DNA of 63,782 nt, the filler included, from Octopus bimaculoides (Eukaryota): assembly GCF_001194135.2 (NCBI RefSeq). It is 7 parts of 5 records of this genome, joined end to end, with 100 filler letters (N's around TTAATTAATTAA, not from the genome) between each part and the next. Parts side by side here need not be neighbours in the genome. Positions count along the whole stretch, not along the records: positions 61,623 to 63,782 come from NC_068996.1; 6 more parts are not named here. One strand, 5' to 3'. Both the position numbers and the translations under genes were made by a program. The notes beneath the pieces were generated by a model. It saw only the letters and a list, made by a program, of their open reading frames with translations, ran no database searches and was not told the DNA's origin. Shown here in pieces: positions 62,403-63,782 of this stretch. How positions within the stretch are numbered: the first letter of the stretch is position 1; each line of letters starts with the position of its first letter.

Positions 62403-63529
62403 AAAACAAAGTCAAGTGTGTTTGTATGCATGTGTATATATATATATTTGTGTGTGTGTACACAAACGTGTGTATATACACACACACACACACACACACA
62501 CTGTTTCTGAAACCATCTTATTGCTTACTTACATCTGTTTCTCTCTCTCTCTCTCTCTCTCTTGCTATCTCACTGTTCCACTTTCCTTCTTTCAATTCAT
62601 TTCTCCCTGCCTCCCTCCCTTCCCTATCCCCCCCTCTTTCTCTCCCTTCCTCCAAATACCTTTCACTATTGTCTTCTCCATTGTTCTTGGAAGAACAATG
62701 ATAAAGGACATGTGTTTCACATCACTCCTTCTTCACTCTCCCTTATATCTATTCCACTTTCTCCTCCTCTTTCCTCCCACATTCCTATCACTTCTCCTTC
62801 TCAATCACTCTGGCTATATTTACTGAACACAATAGAATGCTGTCTTGTGTTCTAAAAGTCATTTTTCTTATATAATTCTCCCAAACCTTCAAGATCAAAT
62901 AGTCAAAGATCATTTTTTTAAATCATTTTTCTTTACAGTCTATACTGTAATGTCTTGACCTTTTTATATGGTCTTCATGATTATATATACCTTAAGCTTT
63001 CACTATAGCCTACATGATAATCTATGCACATGATAATGTATCTTAACCTTTCTTTCTCTCTATAAACATATTTTCTATAATAATGTACTTTAATTACCTT
63101 AACCAAACCAGTTTTGGTAGTCTTCCTAATAATGTAATCCCAAATTTTGTGTGTCGTCTCTATGACAGTCATAAGGAAACTGTGGCCCATGGGACTTTAT
63201 GAATGCAATGCTTAATGAAAAAATTACCTTCAATTTTTATTTGTATGGTGCAGCCTGCCTGTTTGATCATGAGCCATGTCTCTTGCAGCCTGCTTCTCAA
63301 AAATGGTTGCACATGTTTGTTCAACAATAATGTGTTCTCTCTCTCTCCACACACACACTCATGATTATTTTGCAATTTTAAAGTCCTGGTTTTTATCTGA
63401 CTGTGTAGCAGCACCTTGAGCTTACCTTCCAATTGACCCAACCTTTGTGAGTAAAATTGGATGAACCAAATTATATGGGAATCTGTCAGATTGTACATGT
63501 AATCGAAAGGTCCAATCTTCACGCACGCA

Positions 63530-63585
<56 letters not shown>

Positions 63586-63782
63586 GTTGTGTCAACTGCT
63601 TCTGTTTGAGAATTACATTGAAGGTACATGTTGTTTTTTCGCACTGTGTGCAGTTATGTTTTTAAAATTTGTGGTTGAACTAAAACTAATTTTTAGGTTT
63701 TGCCTATTAAAGAGTTTCCTTATATTTATGATGTATTGGAAAGTTTCTCTCTACAAGTGACAAGAAATCATCATCATCATCA

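Overview
This is AT-rich, microsatellite-dense eukaryotic genomic DNA from a draft assembly with many N gaps. Six of the gaps are 100-bp fillers of 44N + TTAATTAATTAA + 44N. The repeat landscape looks like an octopus (coleoid cephalopod) genome; that is an inference from recognising the repeat families, not a database result. There is no long intact ORF, no rRNA, no CRISPR array and no prokaryotic system. Most interpretable sequence is decayed transposable elements: at least four tRNA-derived SINE families; RTE, CR1, L1/Tx1 and R4/Dong LINE fragments; five Penelope-like remnants; a Gypsy integrase fragment; mariner and pogo/Tigger transposase remnants; a Helitron helicase remnant; and several long-TIR foldback elements. 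Possible host-gene signals are sparse. They are a minus-strand 54-codon ORF with the layout of a neuropeptide precursor (19798-19962), a calcium-binding EGF exon with both splice sites lost (14931-15050), and a few plus-strand exon candidates with canonical splice sites and no recognisable homology. The most notable structural oddities are a perfect 58-bp palindrome, several long inverted repeats, a Helentron-like element carrying degenerate TTAGGG repeats, and a degenerate hammerhead-like motif beside a Penelope remnant. Coordinates of degenerate TE fragments are approximate.
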